Assembly: GCA_964016885.1 (NCBI GenBank)
Contig: OZ024740.1
Location: forward strand, 41,912,001 to 41,976,000
Origin: Eledone cirrhosa
Lineage: Eukaryota
Direction: 5' to 3'
Length of the DNA stretch: 64,000 bases
The notes below the pieces were generated by a model, which was not told the origin of the DNA, searched no databases, and was given only the letters and a program-made list of their open reading frames with translations. Below, in pieces: positions 29,081 through 42,544 of this stretch (the stretch's first letter is position 1; each line of letters opens with the position of its first letter). Both the position numbers and the translations under genes were made by a program.

Positions 29081-29860
29081 GTCGGGTCACTCTTGAGTGT
29101 TACTGGTAACATGTAACCCAGTACAACCTGTCACATGGTCAGGTCGTCGTCGACTAAACCGGCTACCCCACCAATGTTTACTTGGTGAGGAGGGTATTTT
29201 TGGACACCCTTCAGGACAAAAAACAAAACCTGACAAAGCGCGGAAGAACTCATAAGAGTCAACGGCCATCAAAAAGTGTGTAAATATGTATATACACATG
29301 TACATATGTATGTATATGCGCGGGGGACATAGAAATAGTCAGGCTGGACACCCGATCACGCGGTTAAACTACTGGGAGTGAAGGACTGCTAGCCTTTGTC
29401 AGGGCATTCTTCTAGGAGAAGGCAACTCAGGAAACTGGGATAACTCCGATATAAAACCTGCGGCTCAGTAGTTACCGATGATGTTGATCTTTTCTTCTTT
29501 TCGGGTTATAGTTACTGTCGCTCAGAGAGTGGGATTGGCTCAGTGCACAGTCTTTCCTCACTTTAAAAAGTATATTCACGCACAGGCATTGCACGATAGA
29601 ATTAATTAATTGTTTCTACTTTAGGCACAAGGCCAGAAATTACCCAGTGTATTACTGGTACTTGATTTTATCGATCCCGTAAGGATGAAAGGCAAAGTCA
29701 ACCTCGGCGGGATTTGAACTCAGATCGTAAAGGGACGTAAATATGCTGGAAAGCATGGCGTCCGACCCTCTACGGATACTGCCAAATTAATAATTATTAA
29801 TAATGGTATATCGTGCAATGGCCATATTCGATAACGAGGGGGCAGCCATCGTATGTATGT
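29081..29860 (+). mobile_element. Non-autonomous bipartite RTE-derived element with a (TATG)n tail and a nested SINE
   Basis: The RTE-like 5' UTR motif CTAGGAGAAGGCAACTC is present. The 3' end TGGCCATATTCGATAACGAG..GCAGCCATC(GTAT)n matches 51482-51530 (-). A family-1 SINE is inserted at 29608-29785 (-). Confidence 0.7.
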
Positions 29861-30342
29861 ATGTAGGCATGTTTCTATGTATAATGTATGTATGTTCTGG
29901 TTTTATAATCTTATAAATTTTTACCAATAGAGAGAGAGAGAGTCGGTTTCTAACATATGGATATCATAATACCACTGGTTTGTCTTGGCATCCATGTTTT
30001 GTGGCGGTTAGTGTGTGTGTGTGTGTGAGTGAGTGAGAGAGGAGGAGAGAGAGGAAGCGAGAGAGAGGGAGCGAGAGAGAGAGACACTAAAAGGAAGCAT
30101 GGACAGAAAGATTGTGAAATATACTTAACCCTAGAGGAGGAGTTAGGTAACTTATGTGAGATAGTGAGAGAGAGTGAGAGAGAGAGGGGGGGAGAGTGAA
30201 GGATAGAGAGAGGAAGAGAGTGTGTGAGAAAGGCAGAAAATAATATATATATATAGAGAGAGAGGGGGGGGGGAGAGAAAAGACGGAAAAAATGAGAGAG
30301 GATGAGAAAAGGATAGAAAGTAAATATTCAGAGAGTAAAATA

Positions 30343-30414
<72 letters not shown>

Positions 30415-30839
30415 AGAGTTAGAGAGAGATATTAGGAAAGATATGACCGATTTTTCAAGTGAAAAACTATACGAAGTAAATGATAGGAGAGGACGGTGTC
30501 TTATTACAGGATTTTATTTTGTTAGGCTGATTATTTATATACTTCCTAGGTTCATTGTAATAGATACGACTTAGTTTTGTATTAATAAAAATCAAGTGAA
30601 TGATATAAGATACTGCTAAGGATTAACAAAAACAATATCTGTCCAGCTATTGCTTAACAATGTACATGGACAAAGCGAAAAGATATGCATGAGATTACAT
30701 TGAGGCATAATTTAAAGAGTTCATCTTCATATATTTCTGTTTGGATCGATCACAGAAGAATGCATGCAGAATTCATCCCCCCTGTGCGGCACAACGGGGA
30801 GTTAGAATAATCTGAAAATTAAAACACCTGCTAATTGCA

Positions 30840-31030
30840 GGTGGATTGGCAGTATCCGTAGAGCGTCAGACACCATGCTTTTCAGCATGGAGTTATAGCC
30901 CTTTACGTTCTGAGTTCAAATACCGACAAGGTTAACTTTGCCTTTCATCCTTACGGGGTCGATAAAATAAAGTACCAGTAATGCACTGAGGTAATTTCTG
31001 GTCTTGTGCTAAAAGTAGAAACAATTATTC
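30840..31030 (+). mobile_element. SINE family 1
   Basis: Full consensus match. A second head fragment follows at 31042-31072. Confidence 0.85.
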
Positions 31031-31079
31031 ATGCAGTGTAAGGGCGGTGGATTGGCAGTATCGGTAGAGGTCGCGTAGA

Positions 31080-31455
<376 letters not shown>

Positions 31456-31988
31456 GGAATAGAATGAAACGAAATTTCATTTCTCACTCTTAGTACGGCA
31501 CTTACTTAAATGTAAGTATGTATGTATACGTACATACATATATGTATACAGACGTACAGTAGCATGTATATATATACATACAGGCACACATATATATATG
31601 CACGTATCAGTTTACTGAACATTTATATTACGCCGTACAGTGTTTAGGCAACCACGTCACCTTTTTGTTCAACACTGACACAGGAACGATGTACTAGTTT
31701 CAAGCTTATTAGCTATCGTCAGCACCGTATACCTTTCTGCCAGATGGTTGAACGTCCGAAAGTATATACTTTCCTTATGAAAATTAACGGCTGAGCAGCC
31801 TAATTTGCATATATATATATATGTCAATTTAATTATTTCGATTATCTTGTCTCTCATAATCATAGAGTAACACTGGTTAAGGTCGACAACATACAATCTC
31901 ACATACTTGTGAAAAATATATGTTTATATATACATGTATATGTATGTATACACATATATCTGTATACCTCTCATTATTGTCTCTAAGA

Positions 31989-32180
31989 GGGCGGTGGATT
32001 GGCAGTATCGGTAGAGAGTCGGACGCCATGCTTTGCAGCACAGTTACATCCCTTTACGGACTGAGTTCAAATCCCGCCGAGGTTAACTTTGCCTTTCATC
32101 CTTACGGGGTCGATAAAATAAAGTACCAGTAATACACTGGGATAATTGCTGGCCTTGTGCCAAAAGTAGAAACAATTATT
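31989..32180 (+). mobile_element. SINE family 1 (tRNA head plus Meta-domain-like body), reference copy
   Basis: A-box TGGCAGTATCGG and B-box GAGTTCAAATCC, then GCCTTTCATCCTTACGGGGTCGATAAAATAAAGTACCAG. About 15 copies or fragments are in the window. Confidence 0.88.
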
Positions 32181-32448
32181 GTCTCTAACTCCCTCACGGT
32201 AGAGTAACCACGGAAGTATAGTGACTGCTTTCAAAGAAACACTATATACACTTCTAGTCAAACTTACCACCCTTCTGTAGCCTCTGTATCATAAATATCC
32301 CCCTCCGCCTTCTGAGATATTTTTCACTGCTACAAGGGATTAATCCCCTTTCTTGACCGGTGTATCACGTGATAGTGTTTCCCTCCGCCTTTTTGAGATT
32401 TTCTCGGTTGCTACGGACGTATGTAGTTAGGGCTCTTCCCTGAGGTGC

Positions 32449-32539
32449 TCCCTTGATAAGCTGGCTTACCTCACAACAATGTTACATATCTATGATATAA
32501 CATTCTTGCATAGTGACCAGAGAAACTGTACAGTCGGGA
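32449..32539 (+). ncRNA. Type I hammerhead ribozyme, U3-A8 variant with extended stem II
   Basis: TCCC-TTGATAA-GCTGG..CCAGA-GAAA-CTGTACAG-TC-GGGA, with inner hairpin AATGTTA(CA)TATC/GATATAACATT. Predicted cleavage is after 32535. Confidence 0.75.
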
Positions 32540-32587
32540 CGAAGAAAAAATAGGTATATTGTATCTATTATTCCTTCTTATTTTATA

Positions 32588-32629
<42 letters not shown>

Positions 32630-32869
32630 TACATGTATATTTATATATACACATATGCAGTCGGGATTTTACATACCCCCCCCCCCTCTCTCTATATATA
32701 TGTGTGTGTGTAGCATATATGTTTGTATACATCCTTAACATCATTATCCATGAAGCCACCTGACCAACCCTGGCGTAGTTTAACCACAATAACCGTCTAG
32801 CAACTATTGCTCTCAGAGCTATCCCTGCCACGATATCTCCGACATGTATTGATAGGTTTGCTGCCGAGT

Positions 32870-33345
32870 GCTGCGCGACAGGATTGAAATCAGCGCTGCG
32901 AAGACTGAAAAGTGAATTCTGCATCATATAAATGGAGTTCCTCTGAAGCAGGTGGAAAAGTTCAAGTATCTCGGGGCCGTGATGGAAGCTGGAAGCTGAA
33001 TTAAATGCAAGAATTACAAGAGCTGGTGTATAGAAGCGGCTGAAATGGGGTTCCTTTGAAGGGTCTTTGGAGTAACGTTACTCGATAGGATATGCAGCTC
33101 GAAAATCAGGGAATCACCTAAGTTAGAGTCGATACTTCTTCAAAATGAGAGATCACAGCTCGGATACTACGGACATAAGGTGAGAATGTTTAAATAAAGA
33201 ATTGGTGGATAGATTTTAAGGACAAATCAAAGCGGTAGGAGACGCAGAGGTAGACAAAATGGTTGGATAACATCCATGACCTCGGTTGGTTTTGCTTGAG
33301 GATCCACTCAGATAATTTGGAGAGAGTTGCTTCTGATAGGACCCG
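32870..33345 (+). mobile_element. RTE-clade (Expander-like) LINE remnant
   Basis: LKQVEKFKYLGAV, EAAEMGF, ERSQLGYYGH and KWLDNIHDLGW. Same family as 3050-3765, with another fragment at about 49935-50090. Confidence 0.8.
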
Positions 33346-33494
<149 letters not shown>

Positions 33495-33495
33495 G

Positions 33496-33956
33496 CTTTT
33501 GCATAGCTACGGCCTTCTAAATGTTTATCTATAAACATACAGTATTTCTTTAGAAATACGAAATTCCAATACATATCTGTATACAGCTATGCTCGAAGCT
33601 AAATCCTATTTCTATTCTATTATATGTTGAGCCAACTTATACAGCTTCATACGCAAATGAGATTAATAAGCTATTTACACAGACGCGAAAACTATATATT
33701 CTCGCCTGTTTTCAAGTCCAGCAGTTGCAAGAGCGGGAGCGATCGTCCTGATGAGATCGTACAGTTCGAAATGCGCATCGACGATTGTCCCCCTTGTTTC
33801 TGCTGGACACCACCAGGTAGTGATAGCCTCCGGTGTTTTTGCATGGCTATGGGTTTCTAAATATTATTTATAAACATAACGTATTTCTTTAGAAATACGA
33901 AATTCCAATACATATCTGTATACAGCTACGATTGAAGCTAAATTCTAATTCTATTA
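33496..33956 (+). mobile_element. Retrozyme-like non-coding element: 339-nt monomer plus about 120-nt terminal direct repeat
   Basis: GTATTTCTTTAGAAATACGAAATTCCAATACATATCTGTATACAGCTA occurs at 33542 and 33881 (period 339). It has a central hammerhead and TA tracts on both sides. Confidence 0.85.
33739..33788 (+). ncRNA. Type I hammerhead ribozyme
   Basis: GCGATCGTC-CTGATGA-GATCGTACAGTTC-GAAA-TGCGCA-TC-GACGATTGT. Stem I extends further through GTCCAGCAG/CTGCTGGAC. Predicted cleavage is after 33779. Confidence 0.9.
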
Positions 33957-33977
33957 TATATATATATATATATATAT

Positions 33978-34883
33978 CACAATAAATTAACGGAGGCATA
34001 GGCCCTCGCTATTCCCTGTAAATAATGTGCTCAAAGGAGAAGAAATCCTGAGCTCTTTAAAATACAATATGTTGAGAGAGTTATACAGTGCGTTATAAAT
34101 AAAACAGGGAAAAAACCACCAGTATATGGAATCTATAACCTATGAAAGGCAGACTATAGACACGATAATTAAAAATATAAATTAAAGCGTAAATAAATAC
34201 CTCTATAACTATATAACAGTCTGCCTTTCATAGGTTATAGATTCCATACACTGGTGTTTTTTTCCCCCTGTTTTACTGATAACGCACTCTATATCTCTCT
34301 CTGGTGTGTTACCTTTTCAACATATTGTATTTTAATGAGCTCAGGATTTCTTCTCCTTTGAGCACATTATTTACAGGGAATAGCGAGGGCCTATGCCTCC
34401 GCTAATTTATCGTAATATTTCGCTCCTAATAACAGTCTTTCCTATCTCTGTTTGGTTGAGCACACTTCTCTGAGTGGCTTTGGGCTGCCATTTCTAGCAG
34501 TTCGTCCCTTAGAGGCCACTGGTTCACTGCCCTTAAACATGCTGTGACTTCTCTGTCCCACGTGTAGCTGGACATTCAATTTTAAAATTCTCTTAGTGTT
34601 GTCTGAAATGTATAGCTTTACACACGCTGATGAACCGAGACTAACCCATTTCTTTCAACAAATTGCTGGTGAAACATATCTTTGGATTAGTATCTTTGGA
34701 TTTGTACGTGTGTTATATAGTTATAGAGGTATTTATTTACGCTTTAATTTATATTTTTAATTATCGTGTCTATAGTCTGCCTTTCATAGGTTATAGATTC
34801 CATACACTGGTGGTTTTTTCCCTGTTTTATTGATAACGCACTGTATATCTCTCTCCCTGGCGTGTTACCTTTTCAACATATTG

Positions 34884-34886
<3 letters not shown>
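33978..34886 (+). mobile_element. Retrozyme/non-autonomous Penelope-like element: inverted 5' copy, 556-nt monomer and partial tandem
   Basis: GTCTGCCTTTCATAGG occurs at 34219 and 34775 (period 556). Bases 33978-34218 are the reverse complement of monomer sequence beginning at about 34711. TA tracts flank it. Confidence 0.85.
34620..34713 (+). ncRNA. Type I hammerhead ribozyme
   Basis: Stem I ACACACG/CGTGTGT, CTGATGA at 34627, stem II ACCG/TGGT, then GAAAC ATATC..GATTT GTA. Predicted cleavage is after 34706. Confidence 0.82.
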
Positions 34887-34954
<68 letters not shown>

Positions 34955-35443
34955 TATATTGTCCGAGCTGGTCTGGGAAGACCACAAACCAGAGAAATAC
35001 TCGATGAGATACAGATTATATATATATGTTCTCTCTCTCAACCCAACCCAATAATAGAATAATATTAAACGGATACATCAATCCAAAACCAGCCAAGACC
35101 AATCGCATAAAATACTAATATCAGCTACAAAATTACATTTAACACAATAAAACAACGTCCACAACAAACAAAATCAACACCAATTATTTCACCAACAAAA
35201 ACCCGAACCTTATAACCAAGAAAGGATTTAACCTAAATTGAAAATCTTCAAAGAAAGATAATACTGTAATAAATCATAGGAGTATAGTTAATATGAAGCG
35301 TTGTGAGATATGTAATAATTGATGAGAACTTCAGAAAGACGATATACTGCGATAGAAATATTTGATTTGTATTTAACAATGATTTGATTTGAAAAGAAGG
35401 TTATAATCTTGAAATATACTGGGTAAAAACATTATTTTGTTTT

Positions 35444-35630
35444 GGTGGATTGGCAGTATCGGTAGAGGGTCGGACGCCATGCTTTGATGTATAGAGTTAT
35501 GTCCTTGCCATTCTGAGTTCAAATCCCGCCGAGGTTAACTTTGCCTTTCATCCTTACGGGGTCGATAAAATAAAGTACCAGTAATGCACTGGGTAATTGC
35601 TGGCCTTGTGCCAAAAGTAGAAACAATTAT
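35444..35630 (+). mobile_element. SINE family 1 with target-site duplication
   Basis: Consensus match with ATTATTTTGTTTTGGT on both sides (about 35431 and 35626). Confidence 0.88.
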
Positions 35631-36274
35631 TTTGTTTTGGTTGGTTTTATTTGACATACTTTGCCCTTTATATATATTTTACGCACTGTACCGGCTTTCT
35701 CAAGTTCTCATCAATAATGTAATAAGTTATAATTAAAACTAATCCAGTATACTGGTACTTAGAGGAGAAATTTCGTCCGGACTCAATCGTAACACATTTC
35801 TATGTCACCTAACGGCAATAGTCGAAAGGAAGGGCAGGGAATTCACATAATTTTGCTACTTTCCTTACATCCTTTACACACCCTAACATATACTAAGCTG
35901 CTAATAAACATACCACACGTAAATAAATGAATAAAGAATAAACTATAGTTATTCTCCCGTAGTTAATACAACATTAAATAATGATTCATAAAAAAAATAA
36001 TACTTTACGCCATATATAACACCGATACTAACACTTGAAATTTTATATCACACCTATTCAATATATTACACCTATATAGTCTGTTACACTTTTCAAAAAA
36101 AAACATATTACACCTGCATTAAACATAATTTAAAATTATCTCCTACCTCCTCACAACTAAAACCTTAGCTATATTAACATTTCACCAACTAATCCTATCA
36201 CCAGAGAAACATGTCCTACCAGAGACCTATCAACGCGGATCTCTTAGTACACACAATATCAGAGGCATGATACT

Positions 36275-36310
<36 letters not shown>

Positions 36311-36313
<3 letters not shown>

Positions 36314-36395
36314 CGAAGGAAGTGTGGTAAGGAACCAGGTGGACCATAACAAACCAGAGTACTCGATACTTAGGGTAGTAGAGTGGGTAGTAGAA
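36311..36395 (-). mobile_element. Family B 3'-terminal fragment
   Basis: AACGAAGGAAGTGTGGTAAGGAACCAGGTGGACCATAAC..GGGTAGTAGAGTGGGTA next to (TA)n. Confidence 0.75.
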
Positions 36396-36435
36396 TGTGT
36401 TCATCTTATACTCTCCAAACATACATAGACACACA

Positions 36436-36513
<78 letters not shown>

Positions 36514-36554
36514 GATATTGTTTGTTTTGAATATTCGTCACTATTGTCAAGGAG

Positions 36555-36826
36555 TGTTCCAGTTGATCAAGCAATTAACACTCAAATGCCCGAGTGCTTT
36601 ACAGGTACGTGTACTTGTAACGTAATTCTCGGGTAAATTCAGCATGACGTATGTGTGACAAGGTCGTCCCTTTCAGGTACAACTTATCTTTGCCAACTTT
36701 ATTTCATTGGATCAACAAGATATAATAAAGTGGTTTGCTCAACGACACCACTCATCGCTAGAAATCGAACTGACGGCCTTATGAATGCGAGTGAGCACGC
36801 TAGCCACTATTCCTTGTGCCTTCACC
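36555..36826 (-). mobile_element. Old tRNA-derived SINE, family 3
   Basis: Head GTGAAGGC.C..GG..AGTGG and body GTGTC.TTGAGCAA. Related pieces lie at 37640-37695, 38650-38735, 45973-46140 and 51085-51220. Confidence 0.6.
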
Positions 36827-37165
36827 ATATGGTGTGGTATGGAGCCGTACCTATTGAGGTAGTCGTAGGAACGCCATATTGACATGCGGCATTTCTTAGG
36901 CCATTTTAAAACCTGGCGTACCCCCATCACTTCTCTAAGCCTGAGTAGAGGACATTTCTTCCAGAGAAGGATAGAGAGTGGGAAAAAAAGAGAAAGAGAT
37001 ATAGAGGATGAATCGACCTCATTACTAGACTGGTACTTTTTGTATCTACCTCGATGTCTATCTAATTAGATATTCTCTCTGTTATTTAACTAGACATTTG
37101 AATTTATGCGCGCATCTCACCTTCTTCATACGTAATTTGTCCATTACTAAAGTACTAACTAAATA

Positions 37166-37342
37166 AGTTTCTACTTTTGGCACAAGGCCAGAGATTCCCC
37201 CAGTGCATCACTGGTACTTTATTTTATCGACCTCGTAAGGATGAAAAGTAAAGTTAACCTCGGCGGATTTGAACTCGCAAAGGGCCATAACTATGCTGCA
37301 AAGCATAGTGTCTGACGCTCTACCGATACTGCCAAACCACGG
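37166..37342 (-). mobile_element. SINE family 1
   Basis: Reverse-complement consensus match. Confidence 0.85.
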
Positions 37343-39349
37343 CCCTAGCCAGGCTACTTCCATGGCTAAAACGTCAATTCCATATTTCCGAGGTCTATTA
37401 ACTCTAAGTATATAAATAATGGAATGTTCATCTTTTTTTATTAAAATTATAATAATTAACTAGAGATGCATGGCTGTGTGACTAAACAGTTCCTTTTTCA
37501 ACCACAAAATTTCGAGTTCAGTTCTACTGCAGAGCATCTTAGACTTCTACTATTGTTTCCGGTTGACCAATAGTTTGTGAGTAAAATTTGTTTGACGGGG
37601 ACTGCAGAATTCCGTCCACCTCAACCGCGATCACTGAAATAGATTCTGCGTGACACAGCGTGCTACAAGGCTGATCCTTTGAATTATAAGTGCAATCTAT
37701 TAGCTGGGCTTCCAAACAGTTTCCGTCTGCCTAATTTCACTCACAAGGCATAGGTTTACTCGAGGCTATGGTAAACGTCATTTGCCCAAGATACCAGATA
37801 GTGAAATTGTACCCGGGATCAAATGATTGTGAAGCAGCCATACTACGTCCACAGACGTCAATATCTCCATATATTCACAGCAGAATTTCTCTCACACATA
37901 TGATAGTAATTCACATATGTATGACATAGCTATCACTCAGAAACATAGGAAGAACTCTTAAAGGATGCTTATACTACTGACATACAGTAAAAAGCTATCA
38001 ATACATACCGAAATCCAATATCATTGAAGCTGTGAATGCTATTCTAAACATCTCATTGCTGACAAAAGGAACAGACCGGATTATTATTTTAAACATTCAG
38101 ACGCAGAATCTATGGAAATGAACGACGAATAACAATCACTTAAAGGAAATGGTTATGAATTTGCAACAAGATATACAAAACATATATAAAGTACAAAACA
38201 CGCGTGCACACATGCAAGCATTCGCTTACATATACCCATACGAACACTCGTTTACACATATAGACACACTCAAGAGAAACTTGTATATAGAAACACATAA
38301 ACACACTCATGCAAATACACTGACGATTGTATGTAATGATACGGAAAAGTTTATATAAATAGACAAAAACACACACGAGCGCTGACGTCTGTGCATGCGT
38401 GTGTGTGAGTGTGTGTCTGTGAGAATGTGTGTGTGTGTTAGTGAGTGTGTGTGTTAAAGTCGGCTACTTCTTCCTCACTTAAAGTTTCTTTACGAAAAGG
38501 AGCTTGTTAGACAACATAACGAATAATTGGAATACATACATACACACAAACACATACATAAACTTACACACAAACATATACATACACACACATACATACG
38601 CGCACACACACATACGCAAACACGCACATACATGTATGTTGGATCTTCTTCAGTTTCGACGACGAGTATTTAGTTGTTCGATCAAAGGCACAGTCTATTC
38701 GTGAAATAACGTGCAAGTGGCTGAGCATTTCAAGACCCAAATCGATCCAACTCAGTCAGGACCCTACAATCACCATCAATTAATTCGAAACTCATTAAAG
38801 GAACCAACAAACCCGAGAAGGAAAGTATTTCCCGGCGCCAAAGAAATGATATATATTTATTAATATCAACTTAACCGTAAAAACACGCGGGCAATCAAAG
38901 GGTGTCTATTGGAATATGTTGAAAACATCACATCGTCATGCCCGGAAGTGGTCTGTGTCCAGTTTTCACCCATGACATCTTTGTACCCGTCGGCCAGTCC
39001 ACTGTCAATCGACTATCAACTACACTATCATACCAAGTTACGTGAGTAGGTGGATCCGTCAGCCATTGCACACATAACATAATTCACGTATACCACCTGA
39101 CGAATTCCGCCCAACCTATACCACTCCCAGCACACCCAGACAAACATGAATAAGGAAAGACATCAAACCTTATATGAAAGAATGTATGTATCTATATCTG
39201 AATGTAGTGAAGTGGAAACGAAGAACAACAAAAAAATATACATATAATGAAATATAAACAAAGAGCTAAAAAAACTAAAGAATAAATAAAGAAAGGGATA
39301 AGACAGTGAAGCTGACAAACATAGATTGTAATGAAAGGGTTAAGTAATC

Positions 39350-39842
39350 ATATTGGTGACCTCCCCACAGCCCGGCGGACAGACTGGAGAAGGCGTTTCC
39401 CCGGAAGATGGTAAGGGAGATGCGCTGGAAGAGCCATTCCAGCTCGCGAGGCTCACTCCTGCGGCTGGCCAACTCAGCGTCTATGGTGGTGAGTAGGGAG
39501 GTAGCCCTAGGGCGGAGGATACAAGAAGTCTCCACTGCCAAGGGTACGACCGCAAACCTGTCGGAGAGCGACTGGTAATTGGAGAGTTTGGCCTCCTCAG
39601 CCTGACGTGCAGCAGAACATGGGTTAGTCGCAGACTGCACCAGGTTGCAGCTGGAGAAAGTGTCACTGCAAGTGGCATCCCAGACGAGGGGTTTGCCACC
39701 GCGGAACGGGAAGATGGTCATGCCGTCTGGCCTTTAGCCATCCTCGGTCCAGCCCCACCGGCCCGAGCAGGGAAGGGAAGCCTGCAGCGTCCAAGCCATG
39801 CTTTATGACCTCGTTTAGGGCAGCATGGCTTGAATTTCGCAG
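39350..39842 (-). mobile_element. CRE-clade non-LTR retrotransposon, RLE domain fragment
   Basis: HAALNEVIKHGLDAAGFPSLL, RPDGMTIFPFRGGKPLVWDATCSDT, AEEAK..Y, VPLAVET and WLFQRISLTIFRGNA. Confidence 0.88.
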
Positions 39843-41189
39843 CAAATACTAACACACGCATATACTCACGCGCGCGCACACACACGCATGCACGCCCCCC
39901 CCCCCCCCCCCCCCTCCCACTATTACTGGCAAATTGAGAATGGAGGGTATATTTTGTAAAGTTACACAAATACACACATTCACAGATAATTCTCCTACTC
40001 ATATGAAAAATCAATTCATTTCTATTTAGTTAAATGTTTCTCATTATTAAAAAAACAACAATAACCATTTTGACAATTATTAATAGCATTAATATGTGTC
40101 TATTATTAATAGTATTAAAGGGTTGATAAAATAAAGTACCAGTAATGCACTGGGAATTGCTGGCCTTGTGCCAAAAGTAGAAACAATTATTAATAGTATT
40201 AATATATGTCTATTATTAATAATATTAATATATGTCTATTATTAATAGTATTATTTAGTATTATTATATGCCTATCCATTTTCTAATTTATAAAGTTAAA
40301 TATTCAAAGACGAAAAGAAAATAGCTTGATGACTACGTAATTTATTTATTTACTCAGATTTGGGATTACGAGTGATTAAATTAACATATAAAATTTAAAT
40401 AGTGAGATAATGATAAACGTAATTCTAATAAATATATATTTTTATTTTTTCTCTTATATTTTTAAGTGCCGAAAAGGCTATTGTCAGTTGTTTGCATGAT
40501 AGCGAATCTATTATGTTATAAGAGTTAGAGCAGGTGTGTTTTCATGAAAGAAGTTAAGTGGCGCACTGCAAGTTTATGTTAAATATTCATCTTTTACTGA
40601 AGCAAGAGAATCCGCTAGCGATTTGTATATGATATAAAAGCATACCAAGACATATCCCTTTAATGAGGTTTATGCAAATGTGAACACAGCCTACGTAATA
40701 TAATTTCTTAAATCGGTTAATATGTACATAATCATTTTCTTATGTACAGTAAATACAGGTACTGCAGTGAACTTAACTGCAATAATGCAACCAAATCTAA
40801 AATGTAAATGCTGCCTAAAAGCACAAGACGTTTAAAAAAATATATAACTAAATGCCTGCTACCACACTTGAGCTGGTGAAGAGTAAATATTTTTAATAAA
40901 TATAAATTACAACTCCAATGAGACAAAACGACATCAGAGTTGATGACATTTTGTTTTCAGAAGAGGAAAGAAGGAGGAAAGAAGGAGAACAGGCGAAAGA
41001 TCCAATAATCAATAACAAATTAATTTTAATGGAGTTATACAGGGTGTGCGTGTGTTGGTTGTAAGAGAAAACTCTGATCAGGTTTCGGTCTTATTGGATC
41101 TCCTAAGTTAAGCGTAGATTCAATGGCTACTAAGAACGATTGAAGACTTTTAGAAGCAGAGGTTTTGTACGAAAACACACCCGAGAACT

Positions 41190-41545
41190 TCTACTTAAAT
41201 GTAGTTTCATGGCGTTAGATAGGTAACTGATAAATACCTCCTCTAACTCTAAATATAATGCAAGTGTTTTAACGACTGAAACACCTGCAAGAGTGGGGGA
41301 TTCTTCTCTAATGATCTACTGTCCAGCTCTCTTGGGCATTTCTTACCACTAACAATTTCATGACGTTAAAGGTAACTAATAAATACATTATCTAGATATG
41401 ATGCCTTTTAAGGACCGAAACACCTGCATGGAAGAGGAGGGCTTATTATCTGAAGACCTCCTGTCTAGCTCCCCTGAGAGTTTCTTACTACTGACAGTTT
41501 CATGTAGTTAGGTAGGTAACTGATAAATACCTGCTTTAGATATGC
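41190..41545 (+). repeat. Diverged tandem repeat of about 140-150 bp (about 2.4 units)
   Basis: TTTCATG..GTTA..AGGTAACT.ATAAATAC occurs at about 41205, 41356 and 41498. GAC.GAAACACCTGCA occurs twice. Confidence 0.75.
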
Positions 41546-42544
41546 TGTTAGACAGGAAATCTCTATTTAGTCACTTGAACTGCTAGAAATAGTAGCTAAA
41601 TCTTTTTTAAACCCTACCATACCATCTTAAATAAATAAAGTACTGGCACACCAATATTTAAATATTTCAATGATCGGGCAATTTAGAAGTCCATCCTAAT
41701 TGTTCGTCTCTTTGATATTTGAATAGAGTAGTATTGTAATATTTTATACAGTGGAATTGGTTTCAGTTATCATTGGAAAGTATTATTGAAATTATTAAAA
41801 AACAATTGATTTTGACAATAGGTAATTATTTTCAATTTCAATTTTCAATCATAAATGCTTTCTTCAAGCGGGCTCAAGATTCGTAGGAGAAGTAATTGTA
41901 GATCCGATAAACTATAGTTGGCAAAATTAATAAACTGTCACACAAAACAAATTATAAAAGTTCCATACTAATTTTGTTAGTGGAAGTTAAAATTTATTAT
42001 TTGAACAGAACCAGCAGAAGTGAAACACGTTTAAGAAAATGTGAGATATCTTACACTGGGATACGTGATTCTTAAAGGGATACAATCAAACTGAATACTA
42101 ATAAACAAATAACCTGGTATTTCCTTTTTTTTTTACATTTACCACAGCCAGGTTTAATGAATGTCGATCGAAGTGGATGTTATTTAAAATCAGTTTTAGA
42201 TATCCAATCTTGCAGGAATAACACACGAATTACGAATTACAGAATTTGGGTATCACTGGGGTGACGATGCTGAGTTGTGCTCTTGTTGAAAAACATGTTC
42301 AACTAGAGAGATAGATGTTATTTTAATATTTTCAAAGAGATTTCATGAACACGATAAAACAAATAAAATTAGTTGAGTTTGAATGTATTAAATTGTACCA
42401 GGGACATTTAACGTATGGCACCGGTGTCATTCAGGAGAGGGAAATATCTAAATGAGACCAAAAAAAGCACGAGGAAGAAGAAAAAGAAAAAAAAAATTAA
42501 GCAACGAAAGAAAGGCAGAGGGGGTGAGGGGTGGAGGGACAGAT

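Noticed and set aside
31989-32080. tRNA genes at A/B-box motifs
   Set aside because: These are SINE heads. They continue into a shared SINE body and give no clean cloverleaf.
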